Source: a virus
Strand: one strand, 5' to 3'
DNA length: 64,000 nucleotides
Virus record (IMG/VR): IMGVR_UViG_3300044908_000045
Coordinates: 32,001-96,000 of that record
The position numbers were made by a program, and so were the translations under genes. The notes beneath the pieces were generated by a model that did not search any database, was not told where the DNA came from, and worked only from the letters and a program-made list of their open reading frames with translations. Of this stretch, positions 45,739 through 54,937 are shown piece by piece; positions within the stretch are counted from its first letter, which is position 1; each line of letters starts with the position of its first letter.

Positions 45739-47337
45739 TTAAGGCGCATCCGGGCTGTCGGCCGCTGGGCTGACGATCGTGAAACCAAGTGGCGTCGAGG
45801 CAGCGGTGTCGACCGTATCCGAGGGAGAGACCGTGATGTTCTCTATTGTGACCCCGCTGGTATCCGTCTCGACGACGTTCCCTGATACGGTGCCTTGGTT
45901 GTTCCCGAAATCATTCACTGCGCTGTAGACTGTCCCGCCCGAGGTTATCGTGACGTTCCCGGTAGCGGTGCCGTTGAGCAGGACCTGCGGCGTGTTGAGG
46001 ATGCCGGAGGCTATGACGTTGGCGCCGTACTGCGGCATCGCTACGGCGACTGAGGTGATGGTGCCCTGCACCTGCTGCTGCACGTATGACGCCGCCTCAG
46101 CGACATTCGGCGCTGCGTCAGCAATCTGACCGTAGATGATCGATGCGGCGGCGTTCTCCGAAGCTGCTAAAGCAGCGCCGTTTATTTCTAACGAGGCCGC
46201 CTGTAGACTAAGCTGAGTCTGGACCGACGCGCCTGCTCTGACCGCTGCGTTCTGCGCCGCCGCGACGCTAGTTTGGACGCCAGCGATTACTGTCTTTATC
46301 TGCTGTAGGAGCGCGGCCTGATTCTGGACGGCGGCAGCTTCGTTCTGCTCAGCGAGGTTCTCCGCCAGCCGCACTTGGCTCAGCACCGAGGAGATCACCT
46401 GCGCCAGTATAGCGTTGGCGCTCGGCACGGTCGGCCGCACGAATGCTTGTTTGTCGATCAGGGTCGCCGGGGTGATGCCAGGAGTCGGGCTGAAGTTGAG
46501 GAACACCTTGGCGAGGCTGGCCTGCAAGCCTCGGAGATACTGACTCGCGGTCGAGACGATGGGAGCGAAACCGCTGGCGGGCGATCTCGTCGGCTGGCCG
46601 AAGTACAGGGAGTATACGTCGGGCGCGCCTGAAGCTGTCTTGATGCCGGTATTGACCATCGGCCAGTTGAAGGCGACGCTTGGGATCTGATCGCTCAGCG
46701 GGTTGTTGTCGCGATCCGCCCAGAACCCGGTCGGCGGGACATTGATTACGTAGTCGTCCACGTCGATATCGACCGCCTCGATCAGCCAACGTGGCGTCGA
46801 GGCTTGGGTCTGGCCGATTGTGACGTTGACCTGGTGCCAGTCGCCATCCACGGACGACAGCATATCGGGGATCAGGTAGTTGAAGAACGCGGCGTTGGGG
46901 TTCTCAGAATTGGCGGTTGCGAAGACCTGCAGGATCGGCGTCGGTGTCGTCGACAGCCTGGCGTTCGGCGGCAGCATTCGCACCGCGAAGCTCTCATTGC
47001 CCAGTAGCGAACCGGTGCCGAGGAGGGTCTGATAACCTGGATAGTTCGCGGCCATGATCAGCCCCTGCTTGATGAAGAGGCTCACGACGGCTCGCCCGGT
47101 CGATAGGGGAAGCGGGTTCAACGGCGGTGGAACTGCGGCCAGCGTCTTGGTATTGAGCACGACAGCAGTGCCTAGTTTAGTAGCGGTGCCTTGGAAAAAC
47201 TCCACCGCCTGAATGGCATTCTCAGCAGCAAGCAACCGAGCGTGAGGCAGGGCAAATAAGGCTGCGGTCGCTCCAGCGCCCTTGAACAGTGCGCGGCGAC
47301 TCAGGCGGCTCTGGTCGGGCAAGTTTGTCGGGGTCAT
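45739..47337 (-). CDS. Tat-exported protein
   Basis: LSRRALFKGAGATAALFALP canonical twin-arginine leader; DGDWHQV LamG-like motif; Ala/Gln coiled coil. Confidence 0.7.
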   Translation of the reverse strand: MTPTNLPDQSRLSRRALFKGAGATAALFALPHARLLAAENAIQAVEFFQGTATKLGTAVVLNTKTLAAVPPPLNPLPLSTGRAVVSLFIKQGLIMAANYPGYQTLLGTGSLLGNESFAVRMLPPNARLSTTPTPILQVFATANSENPNAAFFNYLIPDMLSSVDGDWHQVNVTIGQTQASTPRWLIEAVDIDVDDYVINVPPTGFWADRDNNPLSDQIPSVAFNWPMVNTGIKTASGAPDVYSLYFGQPTRSPASGFAPIVSTASQYLRGLQASLAKVFLNFSPTPGITPATLIDKQAFVRPTVPSANAILAQVISSVLSQVRLAENLAEQNEAAAVQNQAALLQQIKTVIAGVQTSVAAAQNAAVRAGASVQTQLSLQAASLEINGAALAASENAAASIIYGQIADAAPNVAEAASYVQQQVQGTITSVAVAMPQYGANVIASGILNTPQVLLNGTATGNVTITSGGTVYSAVNDFGNNQGTVSGNVVETDTSGVTIENITVSPSDTVDTAASTPLGFTIVSPAADSPDAP

Positions 47338-47375
47338 CGTCGTCTCCGGTGTGTGGGTTGATGATGTCGTTTCTT

Positions 47376-47654
47376 TTACCGACGCGCTTCCGGGTCGGGG
47401 GTTTCGTCGAGGAACAGGTTGAGGAAATCCCGAAGGCGCCGGGCTTGGTCGCGCGGGATCACGGTCGAAGGGAGCTGCATGAATCCGTCATGCGTTCTGA
47501 AGCGATTGTAATGCTTAAGTTCCGACTCGGGAATCGCGGTGCGGAAGAAGAGGCCAATTCCCGGATTTGTTTGCGGATCGGTGCCTGCCCGTGCGGGCGC
47601 ACTAAATTCCAAATCCGTGAGGGGCAGATTCACGACGATTGTGCGGGATTTCAT
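47376..47654 (-). CDS. hypothetical protein
   Basis: GGAGG RBS; coupled. Confidence 0.55.
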   Translation of the reverse strand: MKSRTIVVNLPLTDLEFSAPARAGTDPQTNPGIGLFFRTAIPESELKHYNRFRTHDGFMQLPSTVIPRDQARRLRDFLNLFLDETPDPEARR

Positions 47655-48127
47655 GCCTCGCCTCCCAGCAGATTGGCGAACCGAGAGGTCATTGACACGC
47701 CTTCCGGGTCTAGCATCAGATCGGTGCAGTTGCCCCTGGGGTCACGGTGGGTTGCCCAACTGCGCCATACTGTATGGATGCCGTCAGTGGCGAACGCCAT
47801 CACGCATTCTTGACGATCGGGACGCTGTGAAGGCATGACCCCGATCGGCTGGCCATGATCCCATCCGGGCGGCTGAACCGCTCGCCATCCCTCGCTCAGA
47901 AACGAATAGCGGGTGACGTGGTGCTCGCGGATCAGCTCGCGCACGGCTGCGGTAGCGCGATCCTTGTCGTCGTTATTGACAAATGGCGTACCGACGATGA
48001 TTCGATCGCCGTTGCCCGCGACCAGCAGAAAAACCGGCATCAATTCCTCTTCGGTGCCGATCATGACGCGGCGGGCGTGATCACCCGCCGCATCGACGAG
48101 TGTGGTTAGCGCGTCGGCGTCTGGCAT
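47651..48127 (-). CDS. hypothetical protein
   Basis: FLSEGW...PSQRPDRQEC motif common in phage proteins. Confidence 0.6.
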   Translation of the reverse strand: MPDADALTTLVDAAGDHARRVMIGTEEELMPVFLLVAGNGDRIIVGTPFVNNDDKDRATAAVRELIREHHVTRYSFLSEGWRAVQPPGWDHGQPIGVMPSQRPDRQECVMAFATDGIHTVWRSWATHRDPRGNCTDLMLDPEGVSMTSRFANLLGGEA

Positions 48128-48869
48128 TTGACGTGCCTCTAGTAAGAGCCCTTTTCGCAGCGAAAAGGGCGATTGCGAACAACAGCAGTCCAAACGATTG
48201 CGGTTCCGGTGTGGACGACCCGTTTGTCGGAGGCGGGGGGGTTTCCGAGGGAGGGATGGGAGTGAAAATTTCGCTCGGCGTTTCCTGGAATGGCGGCACG
48301 ATCGCGGCGCTTGTCGATGTCCCTCCGGTACTGCCAGATGGCACCTCATAGGCCGCAGGGAGGGCACCTGGCGAGCCAAAGCCTCCGCCGAGACCGCCGT
48401 AGCCTCCGCTGCCCCATCCGTAGCCGTAGCCCTCCGTATCGCCCTCACCGCCCCACTCAGGAAGCGCCCAACCCTCACCTATCGGGGGCGTTCCCCAAAT
48501 CGGGAAGGGCGGGACGCGTTCATAAGACCAATTCCCGCAAACTTTGGGCAGGATCAGCGCATTGCCTCTGCCGTCGGTGCATTCGAGAATGAGCCGCGAC
48601 GCGTTGGCAGGCCAATCATCAACGTCAACGAATACGCCATAGGCCACCTGACCGTGACCGAACACCATCGCGTCAACGATCTCGCCTTGCTGCCACGCGC
48701 GGAATCGGCAGAATCCGCGCGTCTCGATTGCCGCCAGCGCTGGGCGCGTCAGGAAAAACGCTGCGGCCGGATAGAGCAAATCGAGCGCGTGGTCTGTCGT
48801 TCCCCGATACGAATCGCCACCAGGATGTTGGTAGATCATAGCTGGCGGTGATGCAGCTGCCATAATCAT
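48081..48869 (-). CDS. PEP-CTERM (exosortase-type) protein, MHFG-family-like
   Basis: C-terminal TPEPQSFGLLLFAIALFAAKR + basic tail; HPGG..Y.G, MVFG and LILPKVCGNWS motifs. Confidence 0.65.
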   Translation of the reverse strand: MIMAAASPPAMIYQHPGGDSYRGTTDHALDLLYPAAAFFLTRPALAAIETRGFCRFRAWQQGEIVDAMVFGHGQVAYGVFVDVDDWPANASRLILECTDGRGNALILPKVCGNWSYERVPPFPIWGTPPIGEGWALPEWGGEGDTEGYGYGWGSGGYGGLGGGFGSPGALPAAYEVPSGSTGGTSTSAAIVPPFQETPSEIFTPIPPSETPPPPTNGSSTPEPQSFGLLLFAIALFAAKRALTRGTSNARRRRANHTRRCGG

Positions 48870-48898
48870 GGCCGCCCCCTTCCGCGCGTTGCGCGATC

Positions 48899-49255
48899 TT
48901 AGCGGTAGTGCGCAGTATCGGTGCCGTCAGGATCGGTTGTGATTCGAATGTAGGAGGTCTGGCAGAGATCGAAGCCGTCGGTAAAAGCGTCCACTACCCC
49001 GTCATTGAATTCGAGCCGAAGCTGCTGGTGGCATGGGAATCCGGGGTGATTGAAGGTAACATGCGTAGTCTCGCCGGGATCAATCACCTCTCCTTGGACG
49101 GGGTACCAGCGGTTATCAGACGGCGTGGAAACCGCCACCCCGACAATTGTGTGACCGGTTTCGTTGACCAAATCGAAATCGCCAGTGGTGCCCGCATGAG
49201 CAGAGACCGCATAAAGCAGAATTGCGGCGGCGAGTGGTAGATAGCGAGTAGTCAT
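48899..49255 (-). CDS. exported beta-sandwich protein
   Basis: signal peptide SAHA; DF.LVN.TG.TI..V.VS...W...C...L...F.DG...DLC family pattern. Confidence 0.7.
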   Translation of the reverse strand: MTTRYLPLAAAILLYAVSAHAGTTGDFDLVNETGHTIVGVAVSTPSDNRWYPVQGEVIDPGETTHVTFNHPGFPCHQQLRLEFNDGVVDAFTDGFDLCQTSYIRITTDPDGTDTAHYR

Positions 49256-49310
49256 TGTGGTCGTCTCCCTTTGTTTTGGGGTAGGAACTAGAGTCGGTTG
49301 GTGTTGTCTT

Positions 49311-49523
49311 TTATTCCCTGAATTTCCAGGAGTGTTTTCCGCAGGCGTTGCAGGTCGAGCCGTTCCTATAGGTCGGGGTCCAGGCTCCTTTGTGGCGGCA
49401 GAAAATCTGGCGGATTTTCACCTGGCCCCGATCACTGACGGCAAATTTGATGCCGCGAACAATCAGCACGGTAGACCCGACGAAGGCACAGACGGCAAGC
49501 ACGTCAATCGCAGCATCAAACAT
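49311..49523 (-). CDS. small membrane protein with C/H motif
   Basis: TM then FCRH...CNACGK. Confidence 0.55.
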   Translation of the reverse strand: MFDAAIDVLAVCAFVGSTVLIVRGIKFAVSDRGQVKIRQIFCRHKGAWTPTYRNGSTCNACGKHSWKFRE

Positions 49524-49538
49524 GGGTGATCTCCCTTT

Positions 49539-50054
49539 CTAGCAGCGTCCGAAATCGGGTGATCCCGGTACGTTGCAATTCCGCCACTGCTGTTGCTGCT
49601 GGAATTGTTGCTGCATTTGATAGGCATTCTGGTCGGCTTGGTCGTGGAGATACGCGGTAACGCCGGGGTTCGGGTCGTAGGGGTTGTCATATTGTGATGC
49701 TGGCGGACGCGGATCGTTGTAATATTGCGCCTGTGCCGCGCCGATCACCGCAACGGCGAGCAATCCAGCAGCAATTAGCATTTTCGTCTTCTCGAAGAGG
49801 TGGAAAACGAGGCTCCCGCCGTGAAGTTGGCAGGTTCCAACGTGCTTTAGCGAATCAACGTGATCGGGGATAGGATGCCCGGTGCCGGCGAATACAAATC
49901 GGCGCGTTTCGGTGGACGCGGCATCAGGATCAACCAACGCCCAAAGCGTGGGAACATCGTGTTGCGCTTGAAACGCCAGCAGTTTTGCGCCGACAGGCAT
50001 TTCGATTTCGGGGTTGGATTGCGGCTCGATCGGAAATTTGTGAACCGTTGGCAT
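49539..50054 (-). CDS. DUF7352-like domain fused to a signal-peptide-bearing Gln-rich peptide
   Basis: VHKFPI...MP.GA.LL..Q.Q...LWALVD...GTGH...VFHLFE, then MLIAAGLLAVAVIGAAQA. Confidence 0.6.
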   Translation of the reverse strand: MPTVHKFPIEPQSNPEIEMPVGAKLLAFQAQHDVPTLWALVDPDAASTETRRFVFAGTGHPIPDHVDSLKHVGTCQLHGGSLVFHLFEKTKMLIAAGLLAVAVIGAAQAQYYNDPRPPASQYDNPYDPNPGVTAYLHDQADQNAYQMQQQFQQQQQWRNCNVPGSPDFGRC

Positions 50055-50122
50055 TGTGATCTCCTGGGGTGCACAGCGCACCGTGACGCGCCGGGGTCCA
50101 GCCGGCGCGCGGCGGTAAGCTG

Positions 50123-50515
50123 TCAGCGGCGCGCCGCTCTGGATCGAACTAGGCCAGCAATCATCTTCTCGGCCGCCTCGCCAGGTTCTTTGATTTCGCG
50201 CAGACCGTGGGCGCGAGCTGCCGCTCCTGAGCGGAATACAGGGACATCCGTTTTGTAGTCGTAGATCGCGGGATTGATATCCGGGTTATGGAACCGCAGG
50301 GCCAGCAATTCTTGGGGGCCGTGACACGCAAGCCAACCCGCGCAGAGGTTGCCATCGCGTTGATGGCACATGAACAATTTTGGCGATTGACTCCAAGTGG
50401 GGCCATCGTAGCTGGGTAACTTGTCATACTCGTCACGGCTCCAGATCCCCGAAGGAACATCGCGCCTATAGGGACAGGAGCCGCACGGAACGCGAGCGGC
50501 GGTGATTGCGGTCAT
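50123..50515 (-). CDS. DUF6283-like protein
   Basis: PCGSCPYRRDVPSGIW...F.CHQ...CAGWL. Confidence 0.7.
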   Translation of the reverse strand: MTAITAARVPCGSCPYRRDVPSGIWSRDEYDKLPSYDGPTWSQSPKLFMCHQRDGNLCAGWLACHGPQELLALRFHNPDINPAIYDYKTDVPVFRSGAAARAHGLREIKEPGEAAEKMIAGLVRSRAARR

Positions 50516-50517
50516 GG

Positions 50518-50694
50518 CTATTCCTCCGCAAGTTTCTCGCCGGTTTTGGCGTCGTGTATGGTGGCGTTGTCCACAACTGCCGTGGGCATGTCGAGCAACT
50601 CATCGACCGAGCGGTTCTCCGCCCACTCTAGCGCCTCAAAGAGAGTGTTCGCCTTGACTTGGCAGCGGACGAGCACGCGAATTTCGTAAGTCAT
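50518..50694 (-). CDS. hypothetical protein (58 aa)
   Basis: read manually; AAGGAG RBS. Confidence 0.5.
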   Translation of the reverse strand: MTYEIRVLVRCQVKANTLFEALEWAENRSVDELLDMPTAVVDNATIHDAKTGEKLAEE

Positions 50695-50700
50695 TGCTGG

Positions 50701-50895
50701 TCACTCCTTTTCGTAATCGTCACACCAATGCCCCATTCGCTCGGTGCGCCGAACATTCACGGCCTTGGTTGCGGTCGAACTGCTGGTTTCGGGATCGCGG
50801 CACCAGGCCTGCGCTTCGTCTAGGGTCAGACCCGTGGCGAGCGTGCGGGCATCGTAATGTAAATAGGTGCGGACGATTTTGTAGGTCTCGGCCAT
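50701..50895 (-). CDS. conserved small phage protein
   Basis: YKIVR...TGLTL.EAQAWC.DPETSS.T. Confidence 0.65.
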   Translation of the reverse strand: MAETYKIVRTYLHYDARTLATGLTLDEAQAWCRDPETSSSTATKAVNVRRTERMGHWCDDYEKE

Positions 50896-50907
50896 TATCG
50901 CGCTCCC

Positions 50908-51321
50908 TCACTTGTAAACGGCGATGCCGCGGGAATAGTAAGAGTCGGCCCTTTCGCCATCGGGCACGTCGCCGGGGCGCAGGATATAGAGAGACGCGCC
51001 GCGCGGATCGCCTTGCACGTAATGGCCGAGCGTCGGGTAGCGAGTCATGATCGCGGTCAGCCGCTTTAGCGCGCCGTTCTCGCGATCGGCGACGGGATAG
51101 CGCCGAGGCTTGCCCTGACCGCCGTAGTAAACCCAGAATGGCGCGCCGTCGCCATTCTCACCAGCGCGCTCGATGCAGCCATTATCCGTGCCGCACTCCA
51201 ATTCGTGCCAGCGATGCAGGGTCATTGAGATACGCCGCAGCGCCTTTGCGTCTTCGTACTCGATGCCGGCTTGGATCAGGCTGCCGATGCAGTCGTGGTT
51301 ACGGTTCGGGTGGTTTGCCAT
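50908..51321 (-). CDS. conserved phage early protein
   Basis: MANHPNR start, LHRW.ELEC, YVQGDPRG..LYI. Confidence 0.65.
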   Translation of the reverse strand: MANHPNRNHDCIGSLIQAGIEYEDAKALRRISMTLHRWHELECGTDNGCIERAGENGDGAPFWVYYGGQGKPRRYPVADRENGALKRLTAIMTRYPTLGHYVQGDPRGASLYILRPGDVPDGERADSYYSRGIAVYK

Positions 51322-51367
51322 TTCGTCCCTCAAGCCCCTGAAACCGCCGAGGCGCGCGGTCTGTCTC

Positions 51368-51481
51368 GTTAACAACGCCAACATAAGCCCGCAGCGATAG
51401 GGCGTCAAGGATTATTTTCGGCTCATTCGCGCTTTTTCGCTTGCCGCACGCCCCGCGCTGCATTATGTTAGGAATGTCAAC
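51368..51481. promoter_or_regulatory. back-to-back sigma70 promoters, each overlapped by an operator
   Basis: minus strand TTGACG-17-TATGTT; plus strand TTGCCG-17-TATGTT; GTTRR-N5-YCAAC at 51368 and 51467. Confidence 0.7.
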
Positions 51482-51484
51482 CCG

Positions 51485-51691
51485 ATGAGGGAGAAGATGA
51501 TGGCCCCGAGCTATCGCAGCGCTATTGTTGTCGGCACAAAATCCGAGGTCGAATTCGAGATATCCCGAATTCGGAGATTGTCTAAAGCTTGCGGCTGGAA
51601 GGCTGACAAGTGCAGACCGCTATATGCGCGGCTGCGGTGGCTTCGCTGGGAAGCCGAGGCAGACAATATTTGGTTTGGTGGAAGAATATGA
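51485..51691 (+). CDS. hypothetical protein
   Basis: downstream of promoter; GAGGGAG RBS suggests start ~51497. Confidence 0.5.
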   Translation: MREKMMAPSYRSAIVVGTKSEVEFEISRIRRLSKACGWKADKCRPLYARLRWLRWEAEADNIWFGGRI

Positions 51692-51769
51692 CCAAAGAGC
51701 AGTTGCGCGCTTGGCGCGATCATCGCGCCTCATGTTAATAATGTCAACCAGATGAGGACTTAGACGACG

Positions 51770-51970
51770 ATGACCACCACCCAGGAATTGCTCGCGGCAG
51801 TCCTCATCCAAGTGAATGAGCTTATCGCCTGGGCGACTGCTGACTATGAGCACTCGCAAGAAGCCGATGCGCCCGAGCAAGCAGAAAGTGACTTAGTGCG
51901 CGTTAATGAGTTGTTGCGGGCGCGCGATGCTCTTGTGGCCGCGGCCCATCAGGAGAGGCAACAACTTTGA
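51770..51970 (+). CDS. hypothetical protein
   Basis: GAGGA upstream; coupled to next gene. Confidence 0.55.
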   Translation: MTTTQELLAAVLIQVNELIAWATADYEHSQEADAPEQAESDLVRVNELLRARDALVAAAHQERQQL

Positions 51971-52185
51971 CCAAGGAACAACTGCGCGCTTGGCGCGATC
52001 GGCATTTCGGGTTGCACGGCAATCGGGATGCCGCCCACAAGCTTGGCTTGTCGATAGATCAGTTTCAAAAGCGGCTTTATGGCTCGGTCAAGATTGACCG
52101 CACGCTAGAGTTGCTGTGCGCCGCGCTCCAGCGGGAATGGCTTAGGGAAGGCGCGTTCGACCATACGGCGCTGCAAGGAGAATGA
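51967..52185 (+). CDS. small HTH protein
   Basis: MTKEQLRAWR...AA.KLGLS......YG...I.R.LELLC.AL. Confidence 0.7.
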   Translation: MTKEQLRAWRDRHFGLHGNRDAAHKLGLSIDQFQKRLYGSVKIDRTLELLCAALQREWLREGAFDHTALQGE

Positions 52186-52739
52186 CGATGTTCGATGCCG
52201 CTGATTGTCAAGATGCTACGCCCCATAGCGTTTAGTCCCTGGCTCTATCCGCTATGGGGATACCCATACCTTTGGCTCAACTGGCGCCTTGGCGCGCGTG
52301 GCCATGTCTGGCATCGCCTTGTGGCGCGCCAACGGTGGGCCGAATTGGTCGCCGAGGATGAGCGCAGACGCCAGCGAAAGGCATTTGATCGCGCCAACAG
52401 AATCGGCTAACATGCGCCATGTGCGGCCCGGCTGATTCCGCTTCGTCCCCTCCTCTGCGGTTGAGTCACCCTCCCGCAGAGGGCGGCATTGACCGGGCCG
52501 CACAAAGCCTGCGCCGTGCGTTTGGCGGCTGGCCTGAGATCCCTTTGCCGCTTCCTGAGCTTGGCGTGCTACTGGGCCGCTCGCCGGGGTTTGTCGGCAC
52601 TCGCGACAATCAGATTCACGTGTATTTGCGCGTCAAGCAGCGCGACCTCGGTGGCGTGCTGCCCTATGAATGGCACGGGTTCCCAGTCGAATACCACTAT
52701 GGTATCGGGATCGCGCTTGTCGGGGAAGGATGATAACCC

Positions 52740-52970
52740 ATGGCTCGCCGAAATGGGTGCGACGGCAAGAGACGGCACGCTACGTTATTGACCGCGCAGA
52801 TTGCTTGTCGCCGCAGCAAAAATTGTAGTTTGCACCCTTATCGCTGCGACAAATGCGGAGGATTCCATGTGGGCCATAGCAACAATGCGTTTCTACGGGC
52901 TAAGCGGATAGACCAGTTAATTACCCGCTCCGAGCGGAGCCGCGTTGCCACTAATGAGGGAGAGAGATAA
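52740..52970 (+). CDS. small zinc-finger protein
   Basis: C.GK.R...A...YRC..CG.FHVG. Confidence 0.6.
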   Translation: MARRNGCDGKRRHATLLTAQIACRRSKNCSLHPYRCDKCGGFHVGHSNNAFLRAKRIDQLITRSERSRVATNEGER

Positions 52971-53240
52971 ATGATGAATTTCAGCGATGCGTTAGCAGCA
53001 CTGAAACGTGGCGAAAGGGTCCGCCGCAAGGGCTGGAACAAAGGAATGTATTTGTTCCTAGTTGACGGGTCGGAGTTTCAGGTTAACCGAGCGCCGCTTA
53101 ACAAGATTTATCCAGAAGGAACATGGGTAACTTACCATGCTCATATAGATATGTTTACGGCACAAGGGTATGTTGTGCCGTGGTTAGCGTCACAAGCCGA
53201 TTTGCTTGATGAAGACTGGGAAATCCGCGATGAGATATGA
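52971..53240 (+). CDS. DUF2829 / Tad2-family putative anti-defence nucleotide sponge
   Basis: MNFSDAL.ALK.G.RV.RKGWN.GM...HIDM.TA.G.VVPWLASQ.DLL.EDW. Confidence 0.85.
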   Translation: MMNFSDALAALKRGERVRRKGWNKGMYLFLVDGSEFQVNRAPLNKIYPEGTWVTYHAHIDMFTAQGYVVPWLASQADLLDEDWEIRDEI

Positions 53241-53350
53241 AGTGGAAGCCGAGGTGACCCGCCTTGGTATCCTTGCGGGGTTAACCGCATTGATCGTTGG
53301 CGTAGCTTGGCTGACGCTCAAAAGGCGCAAGCCCAAGGGAAAATTCGAGG

Positions 53351-53545
53351 ATGAATGACGACGCCTTTTCGGTCGAAAGCCGCGAACTGGCGGCGAATTT
53401 TGCCGATCAGCTCGACGGCAAACCGAGGCTAGTGGCACTAACCGCAGTCTGCGCCTTGTTTGGCGCGATTGCATCGCAGATGGACGTGAACCGGGCGGCT
53501 TGCCACGCGATGTTGGATAGTGTTTTTGACGATTTGGGAAAGTGA
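53351..53545 (+). CDS. hypothetical protein
   Basis: ORF in operon. Confidence 0.45.
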   Translation: MNDDAFSVESRELAANFADQLDGKPRLVALTAVCALFGAIASQMDVNRAACHAMLDSVFDDLGK

Positions 53546-53549
53546 GTCA

Positions 53550-53822
53550 ATGCCGCAGACTGATAGCTTGAGCTTGCATAGGGTCTGGCATATGACGGGC
53601 TTTTTGCAAGCCAGCGTGCAAGCCGAGATAGTGGAGCACCCAGCAATTCGGGAAAACCCGGAATTGGAAAACCTCGCAACTCGCGCGGGATTTGCGCTTG
53701 GGATGCTTTATCTGGCAATCGGCAAGATGCACTCCGGCTTGGCAAAGCCGCCTAGCGATCCGGAGTCAGCCTGGACAAATCTGCACCCTCTCTCTCAAGG
53801 AGCAAACGATGCCGCAGACTGA
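53550..53822 (+). CDS. hypothetical protein (tandem paralog A)
   Basis: MPQTD...H...HM..FLQ..V.AE..EH.AI. Confidence 0.6.
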   Translation: MPQTDSLSLHRVWHMTGFLQASVQAEIVEHPAIRENPELENLATRAGFALGMLYLAIGKMHSGLAKPPSDPESAWTNLHPLSQGANDAAD

Positions 53823-54006
53823 CGATTACGGAGTCCACGAGATCCTGCATATGGCCGCATTCCTACAGCGTGCCGTCGAAGCCGAGCTGTGCGAGCATGA
53901 GGCAATCAACCTGGATCCTCGATGGCGCAAGCTAGCTGACCAAGCGGCTGATATTTTGGCCGATCTCTGTCAAGCGATCGGCCGCTACCACGTAAGCTCG
54001 GAATGA
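53809..54006 (+). CDS. hypothetical protein (tandem paralog B)
   Basis: same N-terminal pattern; identical first 14 nt ATGCCGCAGACTGA. Confidence 0.65.
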   Translation: MPQTDDYGVHEILHMAAFLQRAVEAELCEHEAINLDPRWRKLADQAADILADLCQAIGRYHVSSE

Positions 54007-54927
54007 TCAGCCGATGAAGTCGCGCACGTCGGCGGCGCTAAGCCCGTACTGGCGCAACAGGTTTGCCACGCCTTCCGGGTTGTCGCGCACAACCTCGGTT
54101 AGCTCGTCCTCGTCATACTCGCGCGGACCAATCTGCCGATATTTGCGCCAATCATCGCAATCATCATTGGCCAAAATGATAGGCTCATGGCGTGCGATCC
54201 GATGCGGCGCCAAGCCTTTCAGGCTCATGGCGCAGACCGCATCACGCAGCTCGCACAAATGGCCAACGTCAAGCCATTCGGTCGGACCGTGTTCCCGCTC
54301 ATAGCCGACACTGAGATTGGTGCACTCGGGAACCAAGTGAGTGTAATTGGCCGTATCGGTGAAAACGCCGCTGTCGTCCAGCCGATAGGGCAAGTTCAGC
54401 CGCTTGATAAAGCCTCGCGCCCATTGGTCGGAACAGCAGCGATCCCATGATTGATGGGTTATCAACGAGTTTGTCCCTTTGCGATCGAACGCAACCGCGC
54501 AATTCATTTCGGCCAGCAGCTCGGGAGTGTAATCGGCAATGTAAGCGCTCCCCAAACCGCCCCGCTCCTCGCCCCGGTGGAAGATGTAGAGCCCTGGCCG
54601 CTCGGCCAAGATCATTTGCCGCATCAGCCAAACGCCAGCGCCATCGTCGGCGCCGAGACACATGCCGGCCTTGCCTTTGACCAAGGTAGCGACTCCATCG
54701 CGCATATGGATCGTCTGTCGCCCGCCGCGCGCATGCACCGTATCAGTGTGGCATGACCAAATGACCGGCATTTGCCCGATCCGCACCATGTGGTTGCCAA
54801 AGGCGTCGACCAAGGGTGCCAGCGGCGCCACGTATTCGTTGACGAAAGCCTGCTCGGCACCACTGCCATAGGGGCGCGCCCAGCTCAGGATCTCGGCAAT
54901 CTCGTCACTGTCTGTTTTGAAAGTCAT
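54007..54927 (-). CDS. M28/M42-like zinc peptidase
   Basis: CHTDTVH, LGADDGAG, GEERGGLGS, AFDRKG, FTDTANY, ECTNLSVGY..EH. Confidence 0.85.
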   Translation of the reverse strand: MTFKTDSDEIAEILSWARPYGSGAEQAFVNEYVAPLAPLVDAFGNHMVRIGQMPVIWSCHTDTVHARGGRQTIHMRDGVATLVKGKAGMCLGADDGAGVWLMRQMILAERPGLYIFHRGEERGGLGSAYIADYTPELLAEMNCAVAFDRKGTNSLITHQSWDRCCSDQWARGFIKRLNLPYRLDDSGVFTDTANYTHLVPECTNLSVGYEREHGPTEWLDVGHLCELRDAVCAMSLKGLAPHRIARHEPIILANDDCDDWRKYRQIGPREYDEDELTEVVRDNPEGVANLLRQYGLSAADVRDFIG

Positions 54928-54937
54928 TGGTGGTCCC

